Source: an uncultured Actinomycetes bacterium
GTDB taxonomy: Bacteria; Actinomycetota; UBA4738; JBBDTT01
Length of the DNA stretch: 64,000 nucleotides
Direction of reading: 5' to 3'
Assembly: GCA_963742735.1 (NCBI GenBank)
Contig: CAVUMN010000004.1
Span: 1,504,001-1,568,000 of the forward strand
Positions within the stretch are counted from its first letter, which is position 1. Every line of letters begins with the position of its first letter. Both the position numbers and the translations under genes were made by a program. Positions 1 to 9,088 of the stretch are shown piece by piece. The notes beneath the pieces were generated by a model. The model had not been told where the DNA came from, made no database searches, and worked only from the letters and a program-made list of their open reading frames with translations.

Positions 1-376
1 ACGTCACCGCCACCATGAACGCGTCGTCCAGGTCACCGGCGCCGGAGGCGACGACGTCGGTCGTGACCTCGGCCTCGACCAGCAGCTGGAGGAGGCTCGC
101 CGCGCTCGCGCCGACGACCTTGTGGTGGACCTCCCCGTGGTCGTTGTAGCCCATCTTGGTGACCACCAGGTAGTCGGCCATGTCCCAGTCGGCCATGACC
201 TCCGGGTCGGCCAGCAGGGCCTCGGTCATCGCCGCCGTCCGCGGGTACGGCGCGATCAGCTCGCGAAGCCGGGCAACGGCGTTCTCACCGAGCTCCGCGT
301 AGTCCCTCGAAAGGCGAACCTCGACCCCGTCGTCGTCCATGACGAGGTCCGGCCGCTCCACCTTGACCCGAGCCAT
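1..376 (-). CDS. HD-domain phosphohydrolase (partial, runs off window start)
   Basis: Translated by hand from ATG at 376 (GAGGAGGG RBS upstream): MARVKVERPD...TKMGYNDHGEVHHKVV. The GYNDHGxxH motif fits an HD-type family. Not in the ORF track. Confidence 0.7.
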   Translation of the reverse strand, partial: MARVKVERPDLVMDDDGVEVRLSRDYAELGENAVARLRELIAPYPRTAAMTEALLADPEVMADWDMADYLVVTKMGYNDHGEVHHKVVGASAASLLQLLVEAEVTTDVVASGAGDLDDAFMVAVT

Positions 377-424
377 GGTCACCCTCCTCGCGCCGAATGA
401 GCTGAGGCCGCGACACTACCGGAG

Positions 425-1996
425 CTACCAGGCGTCGATCATCGGGCGCTTCTTACCGGTCCTCGGGGCGGGCGGCGGGGCGGCTCGCAAGGTGTTGACG
501 ATCAGGGCTCGCGAGTCCGCGGGGTCGATGACGTCGTCGATCTCGAAGCCGGTCGCCAGGTTCAGGGCCTTGCCGTGCTCGTACGCGAGCTCGACCATCC
601 CCGCCATCGCCTTCGCGCGTTCCTCCTCGTCCTGGATCGCCTCCAGCTCCTTGCGGAAACCGAGCTTCACGGCGCCCTCCAGGTTCATGCCGCCGAACTC
701 GCCGGTCGGCCAGCTCACCGTGAACAGCGGGGCGTGGAAGCTGCCGCCGGCCATCGCCTGCGCGCCCAGCCCGTAGCCCTTGCGCAGGACGATCGTCATG
801 TAGGGCACCGTCAGGCTCGCCCCCGTCACGAACATCCTCGAGAAGTGACGGACCTGCGCCGTCTTCTCGGCCTCGGGCCCGACCATGAACCCCGGCGTGT
901 CGCACAGGAACAGGATCGGCAGGTCGTGCGCGTCGCACAGCTGCATGAACCGGCCGGCCTTGTCGGCGCCGTCGCTGTCGATCGCGCCGCCCAGCCGCCG
1001 GGGGTCGTTGGCGATCACGCCCAGCGGCCGGCCTTCCATCCGGATCAGCGCGGTCACGATCGTCCGGCCGAACCCCGGCCGGAGCTCCAGGACCGAGTCC
1101 GTGTCGGCCAGGCCCTCGATCACCCGGCGCGTGTCGTAGGCCCGCCGGCGGTTCTCCGGCACCACGTCGCGGAGCAGTGACTGGTCGGGCGCATCCCACT
1201 CAGCGACCGGGCCCTGGAAGTAGGAGAGGTACCGCTTCGCGACGCCGACGGCCTCGGCCTCGTCCTTGACCGCCACGTCGACCACGCCGTTCGCGGTCTG
1301 GACCGACATCGACCCGACGTCCTCGGGCGCGTGGGTCCCGAGACCGCCGGCCTCGATCATCGCCGGGCCGCCCATCCCGATCGAAGCGTCCTCGGTGGCG
1401 ATGATCGCGTCGCAGCACCCGAGCAGCGCCGCGTTGCCGGCGAACACGAAGCCGGAGGCGATCCCCACCGACGGCACGAGCCCGGACAGCCGGGCGAACA
1501 GCGCGAAGGCCATCACGTCGAGCCCCGAGACCGTGGGGACGTCGGTGTCGCCGGGCCTCCCGCCGCCGCCCTCGGCGAACAGGACCACCGGCAGCCGCAG
1601 CCGCTCGACGATCTCGAACAGCCGGTCCTTCTTCCGGTGATTGACCGCGCCCTGGGTCCCCGCGAGGACCGTGTAGTCGTACGCGACGACGGCGCACCGA
1701 GCGCGGTCGTCGTCGAACCGCTCGCCGTTCACCCGGCCGATCCCGGCCACGAGGCCGTCGGCCGGGGTCCTCTCGATCAGCTCGTCGAGGGTCCGGCGCG
1801 AGCGCTGCGCGGCCAGGGCCAGGGAGCCGAACTCCACGAAGCTGTCCGGGTCCAGGAGGTCCTCGACGTTCTCCCGAGCGGTCCGCCGCCCGGCCTCCCG
1901 CCGCCGCTCCACCGCGCCCGGCCGCGCGTCGTCGCGGGTGGCGGCCTGGCGCCGCCGCACCTCGGACAGCTCCGGCCTGAGGTCGTCGTCCTCCAT
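425..1996 (-). CDS. Acyl-CoA carboxylase carboxyltransferase subunit
   Basis: Motifs DYTVLAGTQG, FAEGGGGRPGD, DTPGFMVG and KGYGLGAQAM. Start MEDDDL at 1996; the upstream ORF extension is antisense to the next gene. Confidence 0.9.
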   Translation of the reverse strand: MEDDDLRPELSEVRRRQAATRDDARPGAVERRREAGRRTARENVEDLLDPDSFVEFGSLALAAQRSRRTLDELIERTPADGLVAGIGRVNGERFDDDRARCAVVAYDYTVLAGTQGAVNHRKKDRLFEIVERLRLPVVLFAEGGGGRPGDTDVPTVSGLDVMAFALFARLSGLVPSVGIASGFVFAGNAALLGCCDAIIATEDASIGMGGPAMIEAGGLGTHAPEDVGSMSVQTANGVVDVAVKDEAEAVGVAKRYLSYFQGPVAEWDAPDQSLLRDVVPENRRRAYDTRRVIEGLADTDSVLELRPGFGRTIVTALIRMEGRPLGVIANDPRRLGGAIDSDGADKAGRFMQLCDAHDLPILFLCDTPGFMVGPEAEKTAQVRHFSRMFVTGASLTVPYMTIVLRKGYGLGAQAMAGGSFHAPLFTVSWPTGEFGGMNLEGAVKLGFRKELEAIQDEEERAKAMAGMVELAYEHGKALNLATGFEIDDVIDPADSRALIVNTLRAAPPPAPRTGKKRPMIDAW

Positions 1997-2038
1997 CGGG
2001 GAAACCCTAGCCCAGGCGAGGATGCGTATCCTCGGGAC

Positions 2039-3163
2039 ATGTCGCCGCCATCGCTCACCTGGGCCCAGGTCGCGGCGTGGCGGGCGAGCCGCCATCACCT
2101 GGACAAGCGGGTGCCCGCGTCGAAGGCGCTCGGCGTCGTCTCGCGGCTGGGCGGGCTCCACGCCCAGGTGATGTCCTCGGCCGAGCTCTCCCTGTGGAAT
2201 CGCGTCAACAGCGTGACGCGCGAGACGCTGCCGGGGGCCCTGTGGGAGACGCGGAGCCTGGTCAAGACCTGGGCGATGCGCGGGACGCTCCACCTGTTGC
2301 CGTCCTCGGAGTACCCCGCATGGCAGGCGGCGCTCGACACGTCCTACAAGCACTACCTGCGGCCGGCCTGGCTGAAGTGGATGGAGGTCACCGAGCCGCA
2401 GCTGGTCTCCTTCATCGACGCGGTGGGCGAGGCCCTCGAGGGACGCACCCTGACCCGCGAGCAGCTGTCGGCCGAGGTCGCCGAGCGAACCGGCTCGGAG
2501 AAGCTCGGTGAGCTGGTGCTGGGGTCCTGGGGGTCGGCCCTGAAGCCGGCCTCGTACCGCGGCCGGGTGTGCTTCGCGCCCGGGGAAGGACCGAAGGTCC
2601 AGTTCACGAACCCCTCGACCTGGCTTCCGGCGGCCGGCGCGCTCGACGGCGACCCCATGCAGGAGATCGCGCGGCGGTTTCTGTCCGCCTACGGCCCGGC
2701 CACCACGCAGGACTTCGGGCGATGGTGGGCGGGCGGGATGGGCGCGAAGGCCGGCAAGACGGTGGCCGGCCTCGAGGACGCCGTCGAGGTCGACGTCGAG
2801 GGGACGCCGGCCTGGGCCCTGGAGGCGGACGTGAACGTCATGGCCGCGGCCAAGGGTGCGGGCACGGTCCGTCTGCTCCCCGCGTTCGATCCCTACGTCA
2901 TCGGCGCCAGCGCGCACACGGAATCGCTCATGCCCGGCCCGTTCCGGTCCCGGGTCTTCCGTGCGCAGGGATGGCTGTCGCCGGTGGTCCTGATCGACGG
3001 CCGGATCGAGGGCGTCTGGTCCTCGGAGGTCAAGGGCCGGACGGTCCACGTGAAGGTGGAGCCGTTCGTGAGCCTGCCGGCCCGCCGCAAGCCGAACCTG
3101 CGGGCCGAGGCCGAGAAGCTGGCAGGCTTCCTGGGCGGACGCCTCGAACTCACCCTGGAGTGA
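2039..3163 (+). CDS. AlkZ-like (HTH_42) winged-helix DNA glycosylase
   Basis: Motifs GLHAQ, KTWAMRGTLHLL, RFLSAYGPAT, VRLLPAFDPY and VLIDGRIEGVW. Confidence 0.85.
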   Translation: MSPPSLTWAQVAAWRASRHHLDKRVPASKALGVVSRLGGLHAQVMSSAELSLWNRVNSVTRETLPGALWETRSLVKTWAMRGTLHLLPSSEYPAWQAALDTSYKHYLRPAWLKWMEVTEPQLVSFIDAVGEALEGRTLTREQLSAEVAERTGSEKLGELVLGSWGSALKPASYRGRVCFAPGEGPKVQFTNPSTWLPAAGALDGDPMQEIARRFLSAYGPATTQDFGRWWAGGMGAKAGKTVAGLEDAVEVDVEGTPAWALEADVNVMAAAKGAGTVRLLPAFDPYVIGASAHTESLMPGPFRSRVFRAQGWLSPVVLIDGRIEGVWSSEVKGRTVHVKVEPFVSLPARRKPNLRAEAEKLAGFLGGRLELTLE

Positions 3164-3176
3164 CGCCCCGGAACCC

Positions 3177-3218
3177 TTGACTCACGCTCCCTCCGGGTGG
3201 TAAACAAGCGTTCATTCA
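3177..3218 (+). promoter_or_regulatory. Putative promoter with overlapping TetR-type operator
   Basis: TTGACT (3177) - 18 bp - TAAACA, overlapped by the imperfect palindrome TAAACAAGCGTTCA, ahead of an operon that encodes a TetR. Confidence 0.35.
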
Positions 3219-3240
3219 CATGGCGAACGTGAGGCCGTCC

Positions 3241-4671
3241 ATGTCCAGCACCGTCCGCGCACGAACTCGCCTGAGGACCGCCGCCCTGCTCCTGGCCGCC
3301 CTGCTGGTCTCCTCCGGGTGCTCCGGCGGCGGGTTCCCCGGCGACGACGCCTCGCCGGTCGCGCTGAGCTCGCCGACGCCGTCGGACAGCACGTCCCCCG
3401 GCACCAAGCCGGGGAAGAAGCCGGGGAAGAAGGGCGGTCCGCAGGCCACGCCGACCACGCCCAGCGGCGACCCCGGCATCGGCATCAAGGACCCGAGCGG
3501 CGACGGCCCGCCGGTCGCCAACCTGTTCACCCCTGCCGAGGACCGCATCGGGATCTCGCCGAGCACGATCACCATGTGCGGCCACGCGGCGCTGACCTAC
3601 GCCGCTGCCTTCGACACCTCGCCCGAGGACCTGAACGTGTACTGGGAGATGGTCAGGGACCAGGGCGGCATCTACGGCCGCAACGTCGACATGACCTACG
3701 AGAACGACAACTACGACCCGACGACCGCGCGCCAGGCGGCGGAGACGTGCTACGCGAGGGACCCGTTCATCCTGGTCGGCGGGATCGGGTTCGACCAGAT
3801 CCCGGCGGTTCGCGCGTTCGCCGAGGAGCACCACATCCTCTACATCCACCACATCGCCCGCCAGGACCTAACGAAGCGGTACAGCTTCAGCGCCCTGCCG
3901 ACGGTGGAGCAGCTCGGCAAGCTCGCCGCCCAGTGGATCGCCACCCAGCACCCCGGCAAGAAGATCGGCGCGTTCTACCGTGACAGCGAGAACTGGGACC
4001 CCGGGTACAAGGCGTTCGTCGCCGAGCTGAAGCGGTTGAAGCAGAACTTCTTCGGCGGTGCCGCCGTCGCGAGCGATCAGCGCAGCTATTCGACGGCGTT
4101 GAACAACTTCCAGCAGAACGACGTCCAGGTCCTGTTCGGCTGGGAGAACGCCCTGAACGGGACCAACATGATCCTGCAGGCCAAGTCCCAGAACTACAGC
4201 CCCCAGTGGGTGATGTTCCCGTTCAACCTCGAGACCGACACGCTCGAGGACGCGGCCCTGTCCCCGCCGGTCGAGGGGATCGCCGCCTGGTCGGCGTACA
4301 CGCCCGGTGACTACTCCGGGCCGTTCGCCGAGTACGCCGACGAGATCCACCGTTTCGAGAACGCCTACGCGCAGCACCGGCCCGGCCTGAAGAAGCTGAC
4401 CGACCTGCACTGGCAGGTCTGGCTCGCGTGGAAGACCATCCATACCCTCCTGGTCCGGTGCGGGGCCGACTGCACGCGCAACAAGATGGTCGGGCTCCTG
4501 CTCGGCAAGAAGTACGGCTACGCCGAGACCAAGCCGGACTGCCCCGTGGACTTCACCCGCAACGGCCACGTGGGCGGGTTCTCCGCGTCGTTCTACCGCG
4601 CGTACGCGGGGCCGCAGGGAGCCGCGTGGCGGCACGTGCCCGGGTTCCACTGCCGAGAGTCGCTCGTCTAG
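3241..4671 (+). CDS. Liv-type ABC transporter substrate-binding lipoprotein
   Basis: Lipobox SSGC, motif GGIYGRNV..YENDNYDP, and adjacent Liv permeases. Alternative start at 3220. Confidence 0.8.
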   Translation: MSSTVRARTRLRTAALLLAALLVSSGCSGGGFPGDDASPVALSSPTPSDSTSPGTKPGKKPGKKGGPQATPTTPSGDPGIGIKDPSGDGPPVANLFTPAEDRIGISPSTITMCGHAALTYAAAFDTSPEDLNVYWEMVRDQGGIYGRNVDMTYENDNYDPTTARQAAETCYARDPFILVGGIGFDQIPAVRAFAEEHHILYIHHIARQDLTKRYSFSALPTVEQLGKLAAQWIATQHPGKKIGAFYRDSENWDPGYKAFVAELKRLKQNFFGGAAVASDQRSYSTALNNFQQNDVQVLFGWENALNGTNMILQAKSQNYSPQWVMFPFNLETDTLEDAALSPPVEGIAAWSAYTPGDYSGPFAEYADEIHRFENAYAQHRPGLKKLTDLHWQVWLAWKTIHTLLVRCGADCTRNKMVGLLLGKKYGYAETKPDCPVDFTRNGHVGGFSASFYRAYAGPQGAAWRHVPGFHCRESLV

Positions 4672-4684
4672 AAAGAGGCCGGCC

Positions 4685-6298
4685 ATGGCGATGATGGACA
4701 CGCCGCTGGGGACGTGGCTGCTCTTCGCCAACGTCGAGCGCCACTTCGGGGCGACCGAGGTCGTCACCCGGATGCCGTCCACCGACCTGCACCGATACAC
4801 GTTCGCGGACTTCGCGCGGCGGGCCCAGCAGCTGATGCACGCCCTCGACGCGCTGGGGATCGAGCGGGGGGAGCGGGTGGCGACCCTGGCGTGGAACACC
4901 CACCGCCACCTGGAGGCGTACTTCGCCGTCCCCAACACCGAGCGAGTCCTGCACACCCTGAACCTTCGGCTCTCGCCCGAGGACCTCGCGTACATCATCG
5001 GCCACGCCGACGACCGCGCGATCCTGGTCGACCCGGACCTGGTGCCGATCCTCGAGAAGGTCGGGCCCGAGGCCCTGGCCAAGGTCGAGCACTTCGTGGT
5101 CCTGGGGGACGAGGTCCCGGAGACGACGCTGCCGAACGTCGTGGCCTACGAGGACCTGATCGCCGATCACCCCGAGTCCTACGCGCGCCGCGACATCCCC
5201 GAGAACACCCCGTGCGGCATCTGCTACACGTCCGGTACGACCGGGCGGCCGAAGGGCGCGGTCTACACCCACCGCTCGACGTTCCTGCACTCGCTGGGAG
5301 CGCTGACGTCGTCCGGGCTCGCCTTCGGGCCGAGCGACTGCGTCCTTCCGATCGTGCCGATGTTCCACGCGAACGCGTGGGGGGTGGCGCACGCGGCGGT
5401 CGCCGCCGGGACGAAGCTGGTGTTCACCGGCCCCCACCTGGACCCGGCGAACGTCGTGGACCTGATGGCCCGCGAGCGGGTGACCGTCGCGGCCGGGGTC
5501 CCCACGATCTGGTTGGGGGTTGGCGACGAGCTCGCGTCGAGCGGCGTCCGCCTGCCGCACCTGCGCCACGTGGTGTGCGGCGGCTCGCAGCCGCCCCGCG
5601 CGCTGATCGAGCGGTTCCTCAAGGAGTTCGGCATCCCCATCCTGCAGGCATGGGGGATGACCGAGACGAGCCCGCTGGCCTCGGTCGCCCTGCCCCAGGA
5701 ACGCATGCACGACTGGGAGGACGCGCGGCTCACCGACGCCGTCCGGACCAGGGCCGGGCTGCCCGTCCCGGGCGTCGAGGTGACGATCCGCGACGACGCG
5801 GGGAACGACGTCGCCTTCGACGGCGAGACCATGGGCGAGCTGCTGGTTCGCGGCCCGTGGATCATCGACGAATACCTCTACGGCGAGGGTCAGGACCGGT
5901 TCACCGAGGACGGGTGGTTCCGCACCGGGGACGTGGCCATCGGCTCGCCGGAGGGCTACTTCGTGATCGCCGACCGTTCCAAGGACCTCATCAAGTCGGG
6001 CGGTGAGTGGATCTCGTCGGTCGACATGGAGGCGGCGATCATGGCGATGTCCGGCGTCGCCGAGGCCGCGGTGGTTGCGATCCCCGACCCGAAGTGGCAG
6101 GAGCGCCCCCTGGCCTGCGTCGTGCCCCGCCCCGGCCAGACGGTGAGCCTCGAAGACGTCCGCGCGCACCTGTCGGCGAACGGATTCGCCAAGTGGCAGC
6201 TGCCGGACCGCATCGAGCTGATCGACGCCGTGCCGAAGACGACGGTCGGCAAGTTCGACAAGAAGGTCCTGCGGGCGATGTTCGGCGAGGGCGCGTGA
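4685..6298 (+). CDS. Fatty-acid--CoA ligase (AlkK/DmdB-like)
   Basis: Motifs YTSGTTGRPKG, AWGMTETSP, DRSKDLIKSGGEWISS and PKTTVGKFDKK. Confidence 0.92.
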   Translation: MAMMDTPLGTWLLFANVERHFGATEVVTRMPSTDLHRYTFADFARRAQQLMHALDALGIERGERVATLAWNTHRHLEAYFAVPNTERVLHTLNLRLSPEDLAYIIGHADDRAILVDPDLVPILEKVGPEALAKVEHFVVLGDEVPETTLPNVVAYEDLIADHPESYARRDIPENTPCGICYTSGTTGRPKGAVYTHRSTFLHSLGALTSSGLAFGPSDCVLPIVPMFHANAWGVAHAAVAAGTKLVFTGPHLDPANVVDLMARERVTVAAGVPTIWLGVGDELASSGVRLPHLRHVVCGGSQPPRALIERFLKEFGIPILQAWGMTETSPLASVALPQERMHDWEDARLTDAVRTRAGLPVPGVEVTIRDDAGNDVAFDGETMGELLVRGPWIIDEYLYGEGQDRFTEDGWFRTGDVAIGSPEGYFVIADRSKDLIKSGGEWISSVDMEAAIMAMSGVAEAAVVAIPDPKWQERPLACVVPRPGQTVSLEDVRAHLSANGFAKWQLPDRIELIDAVPKTTVGKFDKKVLRAMFGEGA

Positions 6299-7302
6299 CT
6301 CGCCGGCTGCTCGCCCTCGGGGCCTCGCTCGCCGTCCTGCTTACCCTGCCTGCGCCGTCCGCCGGCGCCGCCGGGCAGCGGCCCGGAACCACCCGCCGGT
6401 ACACCTTCGAGAACGAGGCCGGCGCTCGCGACTACCTGCTGCACGTGCCGAGCGGCTACCGAGGCCGGCGCGTCCCGCTGCTGGTGTTCCTCCACGGGTG
6501 CACCCAGGACGCCGAGGTGGCGCGGGTGCAGACCCATCTGGACGAGCTCGCCGATTCCCGGACGTTCCTGCTGGCCTACCCCGAGCAGGACCTCGACGAG
6601 AACGGCGGCCGGTGCTGGAACTGGTTCCTGCCGGAGAACTGGGAGCGGGGGACGGGGGAGCCGGCGATCATCGCCGGGCTGACCCGCGACCTGATGCGTC
6701 GGTACCGGGTGGACCCGCGGCGCGTGTTCGTGGCCGGGGTCTCCGCGGGCGGGGCCATGACCGCGGTGATGGGCCTGACCTACCCGGACCTGTACGCGGC
6801 GCTCGCCTCCCACGCGGGCTGCCAGTACCGTGGCGGGCCCTGCATGGGGATCCCCGCCGCCGTGCCTCCCGACCGGACCGGCCCCTGGGCGCACGAGGCG
6901 ATGGGCTCCCGCGCCAGACAGCTGCCGCTGTTCGCGACCGTCGGCAGCGCCGACGCGGTCGCCCCACCCGCGAACACCGACGCGCTGGTGCATCAGTTCC
7001 TGTACGCGGCCGACCTGGCCGACGACGGGGTCGAGAACGGATCCGTAAGCCACCAGCCCGCCCGCTCCCGTCGCGTGACTCCGGCCGGGCGCCGCCCGTA
7101 CGACGTCGACGTCTACACCGACCGCCGAGGGTGCCTGCTCGAGGAGCACTGGGTCATCGATGGGATGAACCACGCGTACTCGGGCGGGGACGGCTCGGTC
7201 ATGTACAGCGACCCGACCGGTCCCGACGTGAACCTGCCGATGTGGCGGTTCCTCATGTCCCACCCGATGCCGACGCGCCTGAGGGGGGTTCTCTGCCGAT
7301 GA
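6295..7302 (+). CDS. Secreted PHB-depolymerase family esterase
   Basis: Signal peptide; motifs LHGCTQ, CWNWF, GVSAGG (nucleophile) and GMNHAYSGG. Confidence 0.85.
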   Translation: MTRRLLALGASLAVLLTLPAPSAGAAGQRPGTTRRYTFENEAGARDYLLHVPSGYRGRRVPLLVFLHGCTQDAEVARVQTHLDELADSRTFLLAYPEQDLDENGGRCWNWFLPENWERGTGEPAIIAGLTRDLMRRYRVDPRRVFVAGVSAGGAMTAVMGLTYPDLYAALASHAGCQYRGGPCMGIPAAVPPDRTGPWAHEAMGSRARQLPLFATVGSADAVAPPANTDALVHQFLYAADLADDGVENGSVSHQPARSRRVTPAGRRPYDVDVYTDRRGCLLEEHWVIDGMNHAYSGGDGSVMYSDPTGPDVNLPMWRFLMSHPMPTRLRGVLCR

Positions 7303-8210
7303 GTGAGATCGAGATCACCCGCCATGCCCGAGGGTTCGTCCCGGGCGCCGGCATCCGCATGGCCTACGGCTACTGGCCGGGACGGGGCGCGCCGGTCGTG
7401 GCCATCCACGGCCAGACCGCCTCGCACATGAACTTCGGCGGGATCGCCGATCGCCTGGCGGGCCGCCGCCCCGTGTTCGCGATGGACCTGCGGGGCCGGG
7501 GCGACTCCGACACCACCGAGGACGGCTACGACTTCGAGCAGTACGCGGCCGACATCGCCTCGGCCATGCGCGCGTTCGGCCTCGGGCCCTCGATCGTGGC
7601 CGGCCACTCCATGGGGGCGTGGATCGGGGCGGCCCTCGCCGCCCAGGAACCCGATCTGGTCTCGGGCCTGGTGTTGATCGACGGCGGCTACCCGCTCCCG
7701 GCGCCTCCGGGCACGACGTACGAGGAGCTGTTCGAGATCATCCTCGCGCCGTCGCTGGCCCGGCTGGAGCGGACGTGGGAGTCGGCCGACGAGTACCTGG
7801 AGTACTGGCGCAGCCAGCCCACGTTCCGGCCCGAGGACTGGAGCGAGCACTGGGAGGCGTTCCTGCGCTACGACCTGGGCGGCGAGGCACCCCACATGCA
7901 GTGCAAGCCCTACTTCCCGGCCGTGAAGGCCGACTGGTTCAACATGGCCGATCGCGACGCGGCGGGGGCTCGGATCCAGAAGACGTCGGCACCCATCCGG
8001 ATCATCACCGCCGAGTACGGGGTGATGTGGGGTGCCCCGCCGGTGCAGATCGACGAGAACGTCGAGGCCGTGAAGGAGCTCGGCAACGTGGAGTCCGCGC
8101 GCCGGATCGCCGGTACGACCCACTACACCATCGGGTTCTCCGAGCCGGGCATCTCCGCGTGCGCGGACCTCATCGCCGAGTTCGCCGATCAGGTCGAGGG
8201 ATCCGGATGA
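7299..8210 (+). CDS. Alpha/beta hydrolase
   Basis: Motifs IHGQ, DLRGRGDS, GHSMG and GTTHY. Confidence 0.85.
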   Translation: MSEIEITRHARGFVPGAGIRMAYGYWPGRGAPVVAIHGQTASHMNFGGIADRLAGRRPVFAMDLRGRGDSDTTEDGYDFEQYAADIASAMRAFGLGPSIVAGHSMGAWIGAALAAQEPDLVSGLVLIDGGYPLPAPPGTTYEELFEIILAPSLARLERTWESADEYLEYWRSQPTFRPEDWSEHWEAFLRYDLGGEAPHMQCKPYFPAVKADWFNMADRDAAGARIQKTSAPIRIITAEYGVMWGAPPVQIDENVEAVKELGNVESARRIAGTTHYTIGFSEPGISACADLIAEFADQVEGSG

Positions 8211-9088
8211 CGCAGGCCATCGTCGGCGGGATCGCGAACGGGGCGATCTTCGGGCTGGTGGCGCTGGGGATCGTGCTGGTCTACAAGGGCACCAAGGTCC
8301 TGAACTTCGCTCAGGGCGAGCTCGGCACGGTCGCGCTGTTCGTCGCGTGGTGGTTCGTCGAGGAGCAGGGCCTGCCGTACTGGATGGGCGCGGCGGCGGG
8401 GATCGCGATGTCGGTGATCATCGCGCTGACGTTCGAGCGGCTGGTGGTGCGGCGGATGGTGGAGGCCGAGCGACTGTCGATCGCGGTGGCGACCGTCGGG
8501 CTGTTCTTCTTCCTGTTCGCCGCCGAGATCCTGGTGTTCAGCGAGAGCATCCTGCTGCTGCCGCCACCCATCGAGGGCCTGGGGCCGCGGGTGCTCGGGT
8601 TCTACGTGAACCCGGGATTCCAGGTGGCGTTCGCGGCCATGGCCCTCATCGGCGGGGGACTGGCGCTGTTCCTGCGCCGAACCGACTTCGGGCTGGGCGT
8701 CCTGGCCGCGTCGCAGGACCCGGTCGCGGTGCGGCTGGTCGGCATCCGCTACGGCCGCGTCTCGATGTTCACGTGGGGGATGGCGGGGTTCCTGGGAGCG
8801 GTCGCGGCGCTGCTGATCCAGCCGCTGATCGGCGCCTTCGAGCCGGGGTTCATGACTGCGTTCTTCGTGCGCGGGCTGGCCGCGGCGTTGATCGGGGGGA
8901 TGACCAGCCTGCCCGGGGCGTTCGTCGGCGGGATCGCGGTCGGACTCATCGACGCGGTGGTCGGCCAGCTGTTCCTCGGCACCTCGTTCCCCGGCATCCA
9001 GTCGGTGGTCATCTTCCTGGTGATCATCGCCGTGCTGCTCGCCGCGCCGAACGGCGTGCTGGCCCGGGCGAGGGCGCGGTCGTCGTGA
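8207..9088 (+). CDS. livH: Branched-chain amino acid ABC permease
   Basis: Motif GIVLVYKGTKVLNFAQGE, multiple TM helices, GGMTSLPGAFVGG. Confidence 0.88.
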   Translation: MTQAIVGGIANGAIFGLVALGIVLVYKGTKVLNFAQGELGTVALFVAWWFVEEQGLPYWMGAAAGIAMSVIIALTFERLVVRRMVEAERLSIAVATVGLFFFLFAAEILVFSESILLLPPPIEGLGPRVLGFYVNPGFQVAFAAMALIGGGLALFLRRTDFGLGVLAASQDPVAVRLVGIRYGRVSMFTWGMAGFLGAVAALLIQPLIGAFEPGFMTAFFVRGLAAALIGGMTSLPGAFVGGIAVGLIDAVVGQLFLGTSFPGIQSVVIFLVIIAVLLAAPNGVLARARARSS

